Source of the DNA: Octopus vulgaris
Lineage: Eukaryota
DNA length: 64,000 bases
Direction of reading: 5' to 3'
Assembly (NCBI GenBank): GCA_951406725.2
Contig: OX597825.1
Coordinates: forward strand, 87,544,001-87,608,000
Shown: one piece after another, positions 26,689 through 39,280 of the stretch
How the letters are laid out: each line of letters begins with the position of its first letter
Position numbering within the stretch: position 1 is the first letter of the stretch
Made by a program: the position numbers and the translations under genes
The notes under the pieces: model-generated
What the model was told of the DNA's origin: nothing
Database searches by the model: none
The model's input: only the letters and a program-made list of their open reading frames with translations

Positions 26689-26820
26689 ATCCTTTTTGCT
26701 TTAGGCACAAGGCCTGAATTTTGTGGAGAGGGGGACAGTCAATCACATGGACACCGGTACACAACTGGTACTTGATATATCGACCCCGAAAGATTGAAAG
26801 GCTAAGATCTCAACGAATTT
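26689..26820 (-). mobile_element. SINE family A, degenerate 3' part (tail type 2)
   Basis: TAGGCACAAGGCCTGAATTTT..ATCGACCCCGAAAG similar to 4760-4890. Confidence 0.7.
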
Positions 26821-26855
26821 CCTGCTCCAATACACACCTACATAATATATTTATG

Positions 26856-26889
<34 letters not shown>

Positions 26890-27027
26890 TGTATGTATGT
26901 ATGTATGTATGTATGTTTGTGTGTATGTATGTATTTAAGTATGTATATATAAGTGCGTGTGTGCGTGTATGCGCGTGTGAGTGTATCTGTGTGTCTGTAG
27001 TTTACCGGGGCTCGGATTCCGTTTATA

Positions 27028-27077
<50 letters not shown>

Positions 27078-27219
27078 AGTGTGTGCGTGTATCGGAGCAA
27101 GAATTTCGTTTGTATGCATATTATATATATATATGTATGTATATATATCTATAAGTGTGTGTGTGTGTATAATTGAAAAAGGTTAGAAATCTATACGAAT
27201 CGAATTTTTATATATAAAA

Positions 27220-27843
27220 TATGTAGGTGGAAATAGCACAGAAGTAAGTATCAGACATTTAAATTTAATAAAAACGAGTTCAAAAAATTATCCAGAAAAA
27301 ATATCCCCGGTTTCGATGAATCTCATCAAATATCAGTAAATTTTCTAAAAATTTGAAGTAAAAACAGTTTATGTTGTGTCTGGGGGTTTGACTCCCAGAC
27401 ACAAGATAAACTGTGTTTACTTCAAACTTTTATATATTCTTAATTTATATAGTCTGTTTGCCAACATAATGTGGCTGTCCTGGAAAGGATGATTGTTACT
27501 GATGTTTTAGCCGCAGGAAACATTGTTTCTTGCTGGCTATACGACACAATATCTGTGTCTTTATATCTCCGAACAGGGAGTTCAGCACTCGCATCCAACA
27601 CGAAACAACATCTGCCGACCGTTGTTTTGTGCTGGATGCCCAGTGCATCAGTAACAATCTCACTTCCAGGACAGCCACGTTATGTTGGCAAATAGTCTTT
27701 ACTTTAAGGAAGTGTCTCTCTTTGAGAGATTTAGAAATAATAATGTTTCTATTTCTTTATATAATTTTAAAATCATTTTTATTAAATTCTCTCTTAAATT
27801 GAAAGGACTTAGACTTACTTCTGTGCTATTTCCACCTCCATCT

Positions 27844-27845
<2 letters not shown>
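27220..27845. mobile_element. Nested fold-back elements between TA-rich tracts
   Basis: Outer IR 27225-27249/27813-27837; hairpin 27352-27427; IR ~27454-27505/27646-27695; the last is related to 53705-53790. Confidence 0.7.
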
Positions 27846-27919
<74 letters not shown>

Positions 27920-28016
27920 CATATATTTGTATGTTTGTACCTGTCTGTCCCCTCCAAGAACACTTAAAATGACTGAAAAAGAGGAATAAAATAATAAAAG
28001 TACATACATACATACA

Positions 28017-28088
<72 letters not shown>

Positions 28089-28099
28089 TATATATGTAT

Positions 28100-28251
28100 A
28101 TCTTTTAGTTTCTGTTCAGCAAATACACTGACAAGGCTTTGATCTGTCTGAGGCTATAGTAGAAGACACTTGGCCAATGTGCTACGTAGAGTGGGACTGA
28201 ACCTGGAATCAAGTGGTTGGGAAATAAGTTTCTTTCTACACAGCCACGCCT
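28100..28251 (-). mobile_element. SINE family B, 5' half
   Basis: GAGGCTATAGTAGAAGACACTTG..GGGACTGAACC..CACAGCCACGCC. Confidence 0.8.
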
Positions 28252-29783
28252 ACACACAGACACACACACACACACGCCCGCACAAACGAAATATAAACTC
28301 TTACAGGCCTCTTGGTGGACTGTAACCTATTAAAAGTAAGTCGTTGGCAATCCTAGCATTCAAATAACCGCTAAACATGATAGGACGACAATCTTGTCAA
28401 CAATGTCTGAAGCACTTTTCTCTCAGAGCTAAAAGGTAAAATACTGTTGTTTAAAAAATGAACTGAAGCAGATAAGTCTACAATATCCTATAGATATGTC
28501 AGTGCATGAATGGGAGAGTCAATAAATACATGAAAAGAAGTCAACATTTTGTAGAAAATTCCGTTTCTATCGCCTGAAACATGTATTAAAGTAATTAATG
28601 TTTGGGAAATATCCAACACTATTGTCAGGAAACATCGTCGATGAGTGGAAGGAACAAAGCGACTGTTTGTTTGAAGTGTCAAAGTTAATATTGAAGTATG
28701 GAAATAATTGATCGTTAACAAAATGAAAAGGTAACAACACAGCAAAACAGATGGCGCTGTCGGTTTTTCATCATCAACCTATGAAAGAGGAAGGAGAATA
28801 GCAACAGCCAATTGAAGATAGACTTTTAACTGCTGCGGCGATGGTGATTGCCGGTTTGAAGTTACTCTTCAACACTTTATTCTTACGGATGATATAAGAT
28901 ATAAGATATTTTTCCATTGATGTATTTGCCCTTCAGGTGTTATTAATTCTTCAAAGAAGACATATAAGAGTCAATATGTTGCAGAAGAATAACACAAAAA
29001 AGAAAAATACAACAACTTTCCCACTCTCTTCGACCTAAAAAAAATCTGTAAACATATAAAGCTTGAATTTTATGTTATTTTTGTGAATGATGTCATTGTA
29101 ACGGTTCCCACCTCTCACGCTAGACAACATAGTCGTCCAGTATACAATAAACATTGTACTGAAAATAAACCAGAGCAAAAAGATTACATAGAAATAAATA
29201 TCGTACTGAAAATGCGACTAATAGGTCTTCATTAAGTAGATATATTTTGATAATAATTTGTATTAATTAGTGCTTGTATATCTTTCTAAAATCAAACAAT
29301 ATGTCAGTTTGTTGTGTAGTAAGAATTTAAAAGGTAGGATCATAATGTTTGTGTTTCACCTTAAACGAGTGACTATAACTATTATGGAGTCTATCGTCTC
29401 TGTTTACTTCACTTTTAAATGGCAGAATAATCAGTGGTTATAGACAGAGGATAGCGAATGATGATATACAGGAACGAAAGCAAGAGAATCGTTGATTCTA
29501 CCCCTTGTAAAATTAATTGCTTCCTTCCTGCGATACACTAATGTGATTCCAAATGAGGAACCGTCAAACGCAACAGTATTATGTAGAACAAAATTAAAGT
29601 GTCAAAGCGAATTTGAAAAAAGAAGGCTAAAAATGAGAATGGACGTTTCGATGGGAGGCTGATTACCGTGTAATTACTCTTGTAATTTATGAGGTTTCAC
29701 ACAATCTTTATTCACTGATTCTTGACTTTGATGTATGTCTATTACAAATGATCAGGCTTTCCGTAAAATTAAAAGACGCACTG

Positions 29784-29819
<36 letters not shown>

Positions 29820-30422
29820 CCTCAAATAATGACGCGCTTATCTGGCAAAAGTGCTGATGACATCAATTAGAGAGTCCTATTCATAACGATGCGTGGGTGT
29901 TGAACTAAAGTTAAATATCGAATGGAAAAGGCGAAACTTTTACTACCTTTTCGAGTGTGTGTGTCGTTTCTCTTTTAACAAAGATTCGTTGTTATGAATG
30001 TAAGCAAATGAGTTGAAAATTCAGAGCGAGGAGAGAAGCAAAAGTACATAAAGATTCCTATGATTAATGTAAACCAAATATTTCTGAATAAATATAATTC
30101 ATCTTGATGTCTATTAGACCAGGTGACCATGTGAATATATCTACTGGAAGCGAGTTCTTCCGAGGTTAATCATTAGTGAGGAAAAACTAATGTGGCACTG
30201 TCAACAACGATCAATTTATAAAATTAATATCGGTTTGTGACAGTTCAGAACCGAATACTCGTCTATACCAAAGCAACCATGTACATACATGTACCTACCT
30301 ACCTACCTACCTACCTACAAACAAACAAACACACCTACCTACCGACTTAACTACAAACAAACATACATTGCGATAATAAAAAGTAAAACCTAGATACAAA
30401 CAAACATACATACGTACTTTTG

Positions 30423-30495
<73 letters not shown>

Positions 30496-30496
30496 C

Positions 30497-30562
<66 letters not shown>

Positions 30563-30594
30563 CATCTATCTATCAATTTATCAATCTATCTGGT

Positions 30595-32078
30595 GGACAG
30601 TTTAACATTTATTTTTCTCCCTGTCTGCCGAGAATGGGCTGTAGTGGCAGCGCGGTACTTTTTCGCAAGAGTCTGGATCTCGAAGTAAAGACAATATTCG
30701 TAGACCCGGGGGGTAGAGCGATCGTCCTAGATGTCGATGGCAGTAATGGGTGCACTTTTCGACTCGTATCAGTCTACGCACCGCCTTCAACAGGTTGGCC
30801 GGTTTTCTTTCACGTCTAGAAGTATTCCTAGGAACGTCTCGTCCTTTACTTTTAGTCGGGGATTGAAATGCTACCGTGGACAGACTTGTAGATTACGTGG
30901 GCAGAGATAGGAATAGACGGGATGCAAATGCCTCAGAGACCTGCTCAGACGCTTTCAATTGTCTGACAGGTACCGACGCGACCACCCGAATACGCCAACG
31001 TGGACATGGAGCAACCGCATCGGGTTGTCGAGATCGTATCTAGATAGGATACTGTATAGGACAGGAGATATAGATAATGTAGGGTGTCCATAATTCCACA
31101 TAGTCAGCGGATCACGAACTTGTAATCACGGATAACAAACTTGTGACGTGTACGCTAGACTTAGGTAAGACACATAGGCAGGGTCCCGAGTAATGGAAAC
31201 ATTGCGACAGGTATTCAGAGACCGAATTAGCACGCTAGTAAAGAGGGCTTTGATGGGAGCCATCATCAACAACAAATGTTGGTTTGCCCCGGAGGGAGCA
31301 GTAAAAGCAGAAGCGATTAGGTATAGCAAAGTACTATCCATAGATAGAAACAGAGTAGAGTGTGACCTAGTTGAGAAGCTAGTAGAGGCAATTAGAAGCG
31401 GCATCGTATCCGACGTTTTGGCGGCGAGGCTGTCCCTCGACCAAGACTTCAACGCCAAACACGAAGGGTGTGTTGTCTGAGCTACGATGCGAGCTCTAAG
31501 GAACCAAGGTGTTGGAGCCTCGCGAGAGGCCCGGGTGACAGAGGCACAACAGGGCAACAAAGTCACCATTCGGTCTCTGGTAGATGAACAGGGGTGCGAA
31601 TTACTCGAGCCAAGTAAAATGTGTGAGGCCTTTCAACAGTAATTTGCCCGACTGTTCGGAACGAGTGGCGGGCGAGAAAGCAGGGTGGACTTCAGTGCCT
31701 ACCTACACAGCCTACCATGAGTCTCGACAAGAGAGGCAGGGCGCTGCGAAGGTGCCATCACGGCGGCGGGAGTGTGGGATGAGATGGCAGGATGCTCGAG
31801 GGACAAATCGTAGGGTTCGGATGGTCTACCCTACGAGCTTTACAGTTGTATGCCAGACTTGTTTGGAGACGACTTGGCAGCAGTGTACTGCAACTGAGAG
31901 CAAAACGGGAGCATCCCCTGTTGTGTGAACCGAGGAGCCGTCACCACTTTTTTTTCTTCCCGATTTCTTTTGATCGGAATTCGATCCACTTTTTTTCCTT
32001 CTTTTCTTCCCAAAGAGAAAAGCACTACTTTGTATTTTGTCTCTTCTGTGTTCAGCCCTGCGTGGCCAATAAAGAAAT
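30595..32078 (+). mobile_element. Decayed, internally deleted Tx1/L1-clade LINE (AP endonuclease, start of RT, 3' UTR)
   Basis: Broken peptides DPGGRAIVLDV, VSVYAP, LLVGD*NA, TWTWSN..SRSYLDR, DH, KS*GSDGLPYELY; T-rich 3' UTR ending AATAAAGAAAT; flanked by (TATC)n and (CTAC)n. Confidence 0.85.
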
Positions 32079-32123
32079 CTACCTACCTACCTACCTACTT
32101 ACCTACTTACCTACCTACCTACC

Positions 32124-32297
32124 TGCGACACTTGCGGTGCCATTCGCCCTTCCTTGGCCTGGATCAAAAAGAGGCCGAGGAAGGGCGAATGACACCGCAA
32201 GTGTCGCGTTGCTCTCAAACAACTATGCCGTCCCGGGTTGACCTTGAGCGAGTTCAACACAACCAAAGCATTCTATAGGGAATTAGTGGAGGGGATA
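32124..32297 (+). mobile_element. Further short Tx1/L1 ORF2 C-terminal-region fragment
   Basis: GC-rich block reading ..[32 protein letters not shown], between (CTAC)n and (GATA)n. Confidence 0.5.
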
Positions 32298-32308
32298 TAG
32301 AGATAGAA

Positions 32309-32399
<91 letters not shown>

Positions 32400-32435
32400 T
32401 AGAGAGAGAGGTAGGGATAAAGAGAGTGAGAGAGA

Positions 32436-32498
<63 letters not shown>

Positions 32499-33522
32499 CT
32501 TACAGGTGTCATACCGAACTTCTGTTCCATTCGCATTTGGAGTTAATCGCAAATACTGAAAGGCGCTTCCTCCTTATTGTTCGCCCAAACGGAAAATGCT
32601 TTCAATACTCCATAATTTATCTTGACTGTTATTTCATACGACCTTATTTCTCTTTGTTTGTATCAATAACACTGGTCACGCTGAGTAATTGTCCTCAACT
32701 CATTTTCGTTCAGCAAATTACTCTGTTTAGCCATATATATCGTGTATTGGTTCGGTAAATGTCTAAGTATCTCAACTTTTGGATTCAAAGCAAGGTAACT
32801 ACTGTGTTAATTATGTCTATTGAGACAAGAATACGTGCTCATATTCCCAAACTACCAGAATGTCCTTTCATTAATGGCATGTCAATTTTAGACCATTCTT
32901 GATTCTTTGTTAATTGGAGTCGATTGCAACTGCCAGCAGGCATTTGTTTCTAATTTCTCTTGAAGAGAAAGAATTCCGATAAATGAGCAATTTGTTTTGT
33001 ATGCCATTTTATTTACTGCAATTCGTTTTGATGCACGCGCGCAGACGTATATAACTTACATAACATACAAGATTAGAAGAAAAAAAGTATTGAGCAGAAT
33101 TCTGTAATACGCTCAAATATTGACAGGGCGTTTAAGATCCTGAGTACGACTATAATGTAAGCTTGTGAGTCGGCTTGTCTCTTTTATGTGACCCTGTGCA
33201 TATTTCATTGCACTTATTTTAGGTGGATCACGGGTTTTATTCAATAAACTTAACGAGCCATTAAATGCTAGTTAAGATTATTGTTGCTTTTTTTTCTTTT
33301 CTTTTCAAAAATAGTTTCTGCAAAATACATCAAATGAGATTTTCTTTGTAACTTTAAAATCTGTTTTAATTATCGATATGAACTCACAAACAAAAATCAT
33401 TAACTCTAAATTAACAATTATAATTAATAGTTATTGAAAGCATACCAGCTTAGCTTGTATTATATGAGAAAATATTGAATATGGCTTGTATATTACGAAG
33501 GTGTATGCGAGTAAACGTGTGC

Positions 33523-33620
<98 letters not shown>

Positions 33621-34410
33621 AAACATACAGACGCATATATGTTATACACACACACACACACACATATATGTATGTATATATTTTGGTAGGACTTTATATG
33701 TATAATTCCTTAGTATATGATTACAGAACGCTATAAATTGAAGTACTAAACGTTATGCAAGCTATACATTTACAAAAGACCATTTTATTGCTGCCGCAAT
33801 AAAATAAGCACACCAATAAAAAACAAAATGTATATTTAAGAATATATTCTTTGCAATACAAAACTTCGTAATGGTAGGCCTTCATACACCATACGCTGCT
33901 GATGAGAAAACTTGTGCATTTCACATAATGACATTATCAAATTATAAGCAGAATAATTTCTATCTTTTATTTGTCTTTCCTTCATCTTATTTTGCAAAAG
34001 CCATTTAAATCGAATCTCTGGCAATAGATGAAGTTCGGCACAAACGGCTGTATGTTTCTAATTCTTGTTAACAGCATTGAAGCAACTTTCTACATCCATG
34101 TGAGCAGTTGGAACCTGAATGACAGTTGCATTAGACAAATTTGATTTTCTTCCTACAAATTCTGAATCTACTTGCTGTTGCTAAGTAATGTGGTATCTTA
34201 CTGGCGCTAAAATACACTCTGAGAGCTGTCTTTCAAGAAATACGGAATTCTACCGCTATTCTTTGTATTCTTGGAGGTCATAGTGCGTTAAGTACTTGCA
34301 AATCAAGGCTTTATTCTCTTCCAATTCGAAAGAGGTTAAACATTTTATAAGTAAATTACGCTTCCTAGAGTTAATCCATCAAACAATCAATTAATCTATC
34401 AATCAACCAG

Positions 34411-34698
<288 letters not shown>

Positions 34699-35150
34699 CC
34701 TGTGTGTTTATCTACGTGTTTGTAAGTGCACTTGTGCTTGTGATAGCGTGTGTGTGTATATGTATGCATGCGTGTGTGTATCGTTATACACTACCCATAC
34801 AGGTGTATAGGCTGTCTTAAGTTAATATTCTCCTGTATACGAGATCAATGATAAAGTAAGACAAAATGCTGGACAAAATGTAAACGAAATATGTTTTCAT
34901 CAAAACAAAAATACAAGACGACTATTTGAACATTACATTGAATCAATGGCTAACATATTACCTTATTCTAATAAAACGAATTCTTTTTGATCTTGGTTTT
35001 GTTTCCTTAAATTATTATGATCGACAAATATGGATCGATGCCCTGCTTCTTGACATTCTGTTTCAAGGGAAAGCAAGATGTATTTGATTCTAAGTCGAGC
35101 ACAGGAGCGTTCATATATATGTCCGTCTAACGGTAAATGTATTCTCTGCT

Positions 35151-35383
35151 AAGGCGTTGAGCTGGCAGAAACGTTAGCAAAGCCGGGTGCAATGCTTTGC
35201 GGTATTTCGTCTGCCGTTACGTTCTGAGTTCAAACTCCGTCGCGGTCGACTTTGCCTTTCATTCTTTCGGGGTCGATAAATTAAGTACCAGTTACGCACT
35301 GGGGTCGATGTAATCGACTTAATTTGTTTGTCTGTCCTTATTTGTCCTCTCTGTGTTTAGCCCCTTGGGGTAGTAAAGAAATA
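35151..35383 (+). mobile_element. SINE family A, tail type 1 (Tx1-like)
   Basis: Full head, core and tail; 16-bp TSD GGTAAATGTATTCTCT at 35132-35147 and 35384-35399. Confidence 0.9.
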
Positions 35384-36407
35384 GGTAAATGTATTCTCTC
35401 CTGCTATTAGCGAAATTCTTATCAATGAAGCATGGTGCAAACTTAGAACAAAGAGTATTCAGTAATCAAAGGAAAGTATTGCAACTATGTGTACAAAGTA
35501 GCAAAGCTGTAACTGTACGAATCAGTTACTCATCGGACGTCTGCGTATTGATATAGCCGCAAGCACACGAGTAAGGCTAAAGGGTAACATGGTCTCCTAG
35601 AAAGAACAGCTAAACTCATCTCCATGAAGGCTGTACGGTCTTAGAAAGATAGAGCACATTGAGTAATACTGTCCTGTGTACATTGAGTTGAATAAAGTTG
35701 GTTTGTTAGGATTGGAAAATCTTTCACCATTGAACTTCCCTAATATGGTTGTGAAGAGAAATGTTACAGCATGGCCGTAAAAAAAATCACGGGAAAAGAT
35801 ACTTATAAAATTGAGCTCCAAGAAATGGTTGGTGTTGATGTTTCTAGTGTTCTTTAAAGAACGTGACATTAAAAAATAAAATAAATTTTTCAAGTATTTA
35901 GGTTTTATTTAGAGAAACATAAAGAAATTATGGAAATTTAAGTTTTATTAAACTCTCGAGAATTCAGCGATTCCTTTGCCGAGAGTATTTTCATAACTCT
36001 GTTCCAGTTGTTGTTTATCCGAGGTTTAATTGCACAGACGATGAAAATTGTTCTCTTTTCATATTTCAATTTCTATCCATTGATTTTTAGGAAATTTCAT
36101 TGGAGAAACTGAAAGTAGCGAGAAGAGAAACGGACGAGAAAGCGGCCACAACAGATTTAGTAATATGAACAGTAGTTGTCCGAAAGTAGCAATTTCCTCG
36201 CTACCGAGCATGATCGAAAAACTCATTGCTCTGAGCTAAAAGCTTTGTACAAGAGAGAAAGGAAACCGCGCTCTTTGTCTGTCAGTCTGTCTGTCTGTCT
36301 GCCTTTGTCTCCGTCTCTCTTGGCGTCTCTGGCTGTCTGTCCCTCTCTGTCTCTGTCTCTCTCTCTTTCTATATAGTTAATAAAATGAAACTTGGCTGTT
36401 TTTGTCA

Positions 36408-36592
36408 GCCCTTGTGGCTAAGCTGGCAGAATTAGTGGCGTGTCTGAGTAAATGCTGAGAGGCATTTCATCTATCTTTATAATCTAAGTTCAAATTCCGT
36501 CGAAATCAACTTCGCATCATTTCTGGGTAAATGAAAAAGGACCAGTCCAACTCTCTCCTCTCCTTCAAATTCACTGGAATTGTCCCTAAGTT
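36408..36592 (+). mobile_element. SINE family A, old degenerate copy
   Basis: GCTGGCAGAA..AAATGCT..AAGTTCAAATTCCG similarity. Confidence 0.6.
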
Positions 36593-36595
36593 AAA

Positions 36596-37075
36596 ATATT
36601 TGGTTGTTCCAAAAATAATGGCCGATTTCAGGAACATAATTTTATTCTGGAAAAATAAATTAACAATATAAATGTTTTGATTAGTCAAAATATGAACCGT
36701 TAACATCTGTGCATTTCTACCGTCGATCAACGAGATTATTTAGGCCTCGTTTATAAAAAACTTATTGGCTAGGAATTGCTAAGAAATCTTTGAAAGCTGA
36801 TTCTACCTCTGGTCTGGACCAGAAAGTTTCATCACTTAAAAACGTGTTTAAATGCTTGAAAACTGGTAGTCAGTGGGCGATTGATTAGGAGAATATGGAA
36901 GATGTGGTAAAGTCTCGTATCCCAAATCTGTGAGTTTCTGCAGCGTCATACTTGCAACATATGGATTTGCATTATCGTGGAGCAGAATTGGGCCACGCCG
37001 ATTTACCAATGCAGGTCTCATTTTTGCAAGTGAACATGCATTTCAGCGAGTTGATTACAGTAAACCACTGCGGTA
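36596..37075 (-). mobile_element. Mariner transposase 3' fragment with likely terminal inverted repeat
   Basis: Reverse strand reads LVNRRGPILLHDNANPYVA..LQKLTDLGYETLPHLPYSPNQSPTDY..DVNGSYFD* (HDNA and YSPDL-like motifs). Confidence 0.85.
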
Positions 37076-37656
37076 ATGCTCTAATTGACAAGTAACGAAG
37101 AAGATGTTAGATGTGAGGGAAGCTGTAACAGCCTAATTACACTTACCGACACTATTGCCTCCTCCAGCAGAACATCGTTACTCCTCCCTCCTATGCCTGA
37201 TACAGTTGACAGTAATACATGTGAAGGTGGCCAGCAGTAGTAAGAATGACGACATCATATTTCCATCGACACCGTGAATAGCCCCCAGCATCAGTCAGCA
37301 GGAGGGTCATGTGGAGTTCAAACTACTTCTGTCTTGACGTAGATCAATATCAGCAGCAACTAAGGTTTCCATCGACTTCGGTGATGGTGTTGGAGTTGTT
37401 GGTGGTTGCTGATAAAAGTTGAGTCAATAAACTTTAAGAATTACGAAACGAAGTCGTTTGAAGGAAGAAATATTTAAAAGATTAAGAGATGCTGTTGGGG
37501 GAAGGTGTTGTAGCGACGTAGCAGCATCGAAAATAGCGCTTGATAATTTATTCAAAGCGGATTAGGAAGGTTTTGTTTTGGCTTTAATACTTGAAAAGCC
37601 GTGTAGCTGTGTGGACTCTCCGAAACTTGTGGGATCGATGCCAGTGTTGGTGATAA

Positions 37657-37879
37657 TGGCAGAAACGTTGGCACGTCGGGCGAAATGCCGAGCGGTATTT
37701 CGTCTGCCGTTACGTTCTGAGTTCAAATTCCGCTGAGGTCGACTTTGCCTTTCATCCTTTCGGGGTCGATAAATTAAGTACCATTTACGCACTGCGGTCG
37801 ATATAATCGACTTAATCCGTCTGTCTGTCCTTGTTTGTCTCCTCTGTGTTTAGCCCCTTGTGTGTAGTAAAGAAATAGG
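37657..37879 (+). mobile_element. SINE family A, tail type 1
   Basis: Near-identical to 35160-35385. Confidence 0.9.
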
Positions 37880-38766
37880 TGGGGGTTTCTTTGACAGTCC
37901 TAAATTGATTACAGGATGAAAAACAGGAGGGGCTACAAGAAGAGGAATGACTGGATTTATTAATGTGTGATGGTCATGTGTTAGTAACCATAAAGTGGGT
38001 GGTGGGAGGGTGCTAGTGAAAGGTAGTAAGGTAGGTGTGAATGCAGGTGGCAGGAGAGCAATCAGCATCAATGACACAGATGCCCCTGCAAGGCCAAAGA
38101 GATTGCTTGTAGTCGGCAAGTGACGTTCTGTGTATCAATGAGGTGGCCATTTCTGGATGGGGTTTAGGTTGTTTGTATGTAAAGGAGCAGCACTAAGGCA
38201 GTATTCTATTCAGGTTTTATCTTAATTTAGGTGCAGGAACAGTATTTGTTGGAATCGAAACCAATTTCTGAGACATCGATGTTGAAATATTATCTGTCGT
38301 AATTTTTCTGCGTTGAACGACGGAGATCTGTTTGTCTTTGCAAAAACAGATGTATGTTGGATTTTCAGCATTTTTCAATTGTTTTCAAAATTTACGGCCT
38401 TAACAGCATCATTGCTTAATTGTCATTATTTTGCCTGTCGTCATATTTTAATTTTCTGTTTTTTATAATTTTCCGTTTTCACAACTTTGACAGAATTTAA
38501 AATTTTTTTCTGGGAACATTTGTTACCACCACATTTGTGGCAAATATTCTCCTCTTGCCACTTTGGTACCAAAAAGTCATAAAAATTTGCTAGTATACAA
38601 ATTTTACACGGAAATATTGAAATATAAAAATGTGTCCATGACTAACCTTTTGCGCCCGCTCCTGGTTAAATGTGACCAACTCTAGGAAATTCTAAAACTA
38701 TTGTGAATGAATAATAAGATAAAACAAACTAAGCAATATCAAAAAAGTTAAAAACTTCTTCGTAAT

Positions 38767-38837
<71 letters not shown>

Positions 38838-38874
38838 TAATAATAATTATAATAATAATAACACTCATTACACT

Positions 38875-39076
38875 TTTCCTCTATTAATTGCTTCAGTCAT
38901 TTGACTGCGGCTATGCTGGAGCACCGCCTTTAGTTGAGCAAATCGACCCTAGGACTTTGTAAGCCTAGTACTTATTCTATCGGTCTCTATTGCTGAACCG
39001 CTATGTTACGGGGACGTAAACACACCAGCATCGGTCGTCGAGCGATGTTGTGAGGGGGACAAGCAGAGACACACAA

Positions 39077-39113
<37 letters not shown>

Positions 39114-39280
39114 CATATATACGACGGGCTTCTTTCAGTTTCCGTCTACCAAATCCACTCACAAGGATTTGGTCGGCCCGAGGCTTTAGTAGAAGACACT
39201 TCCCCAAGATGCCAGGTAGTGCGACTGAACCCGGAACCATGTGGTTGGTAAGCAAGCTACTTACCACACAGACCCTCCTG
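38875..39280 (-). mobile_element. SINE family B, full length
   Basis: Head, internal (CA)n/(TA)n and tail CAGTCATTTGACTGCGGCTATGCTGGAGCAC. Confidence 0.9.

Noticed and set aside
28747-28760. CAGATGGCGCTG CTCF-like motif
   Set aside because: Single short match, expected by chance or from transposon ends.
38200-38510. Possible decayed mariner 5' fragment (also ~40470-40640)
   Set aside because: Too degenerate to read diagnostic motifs by eye.
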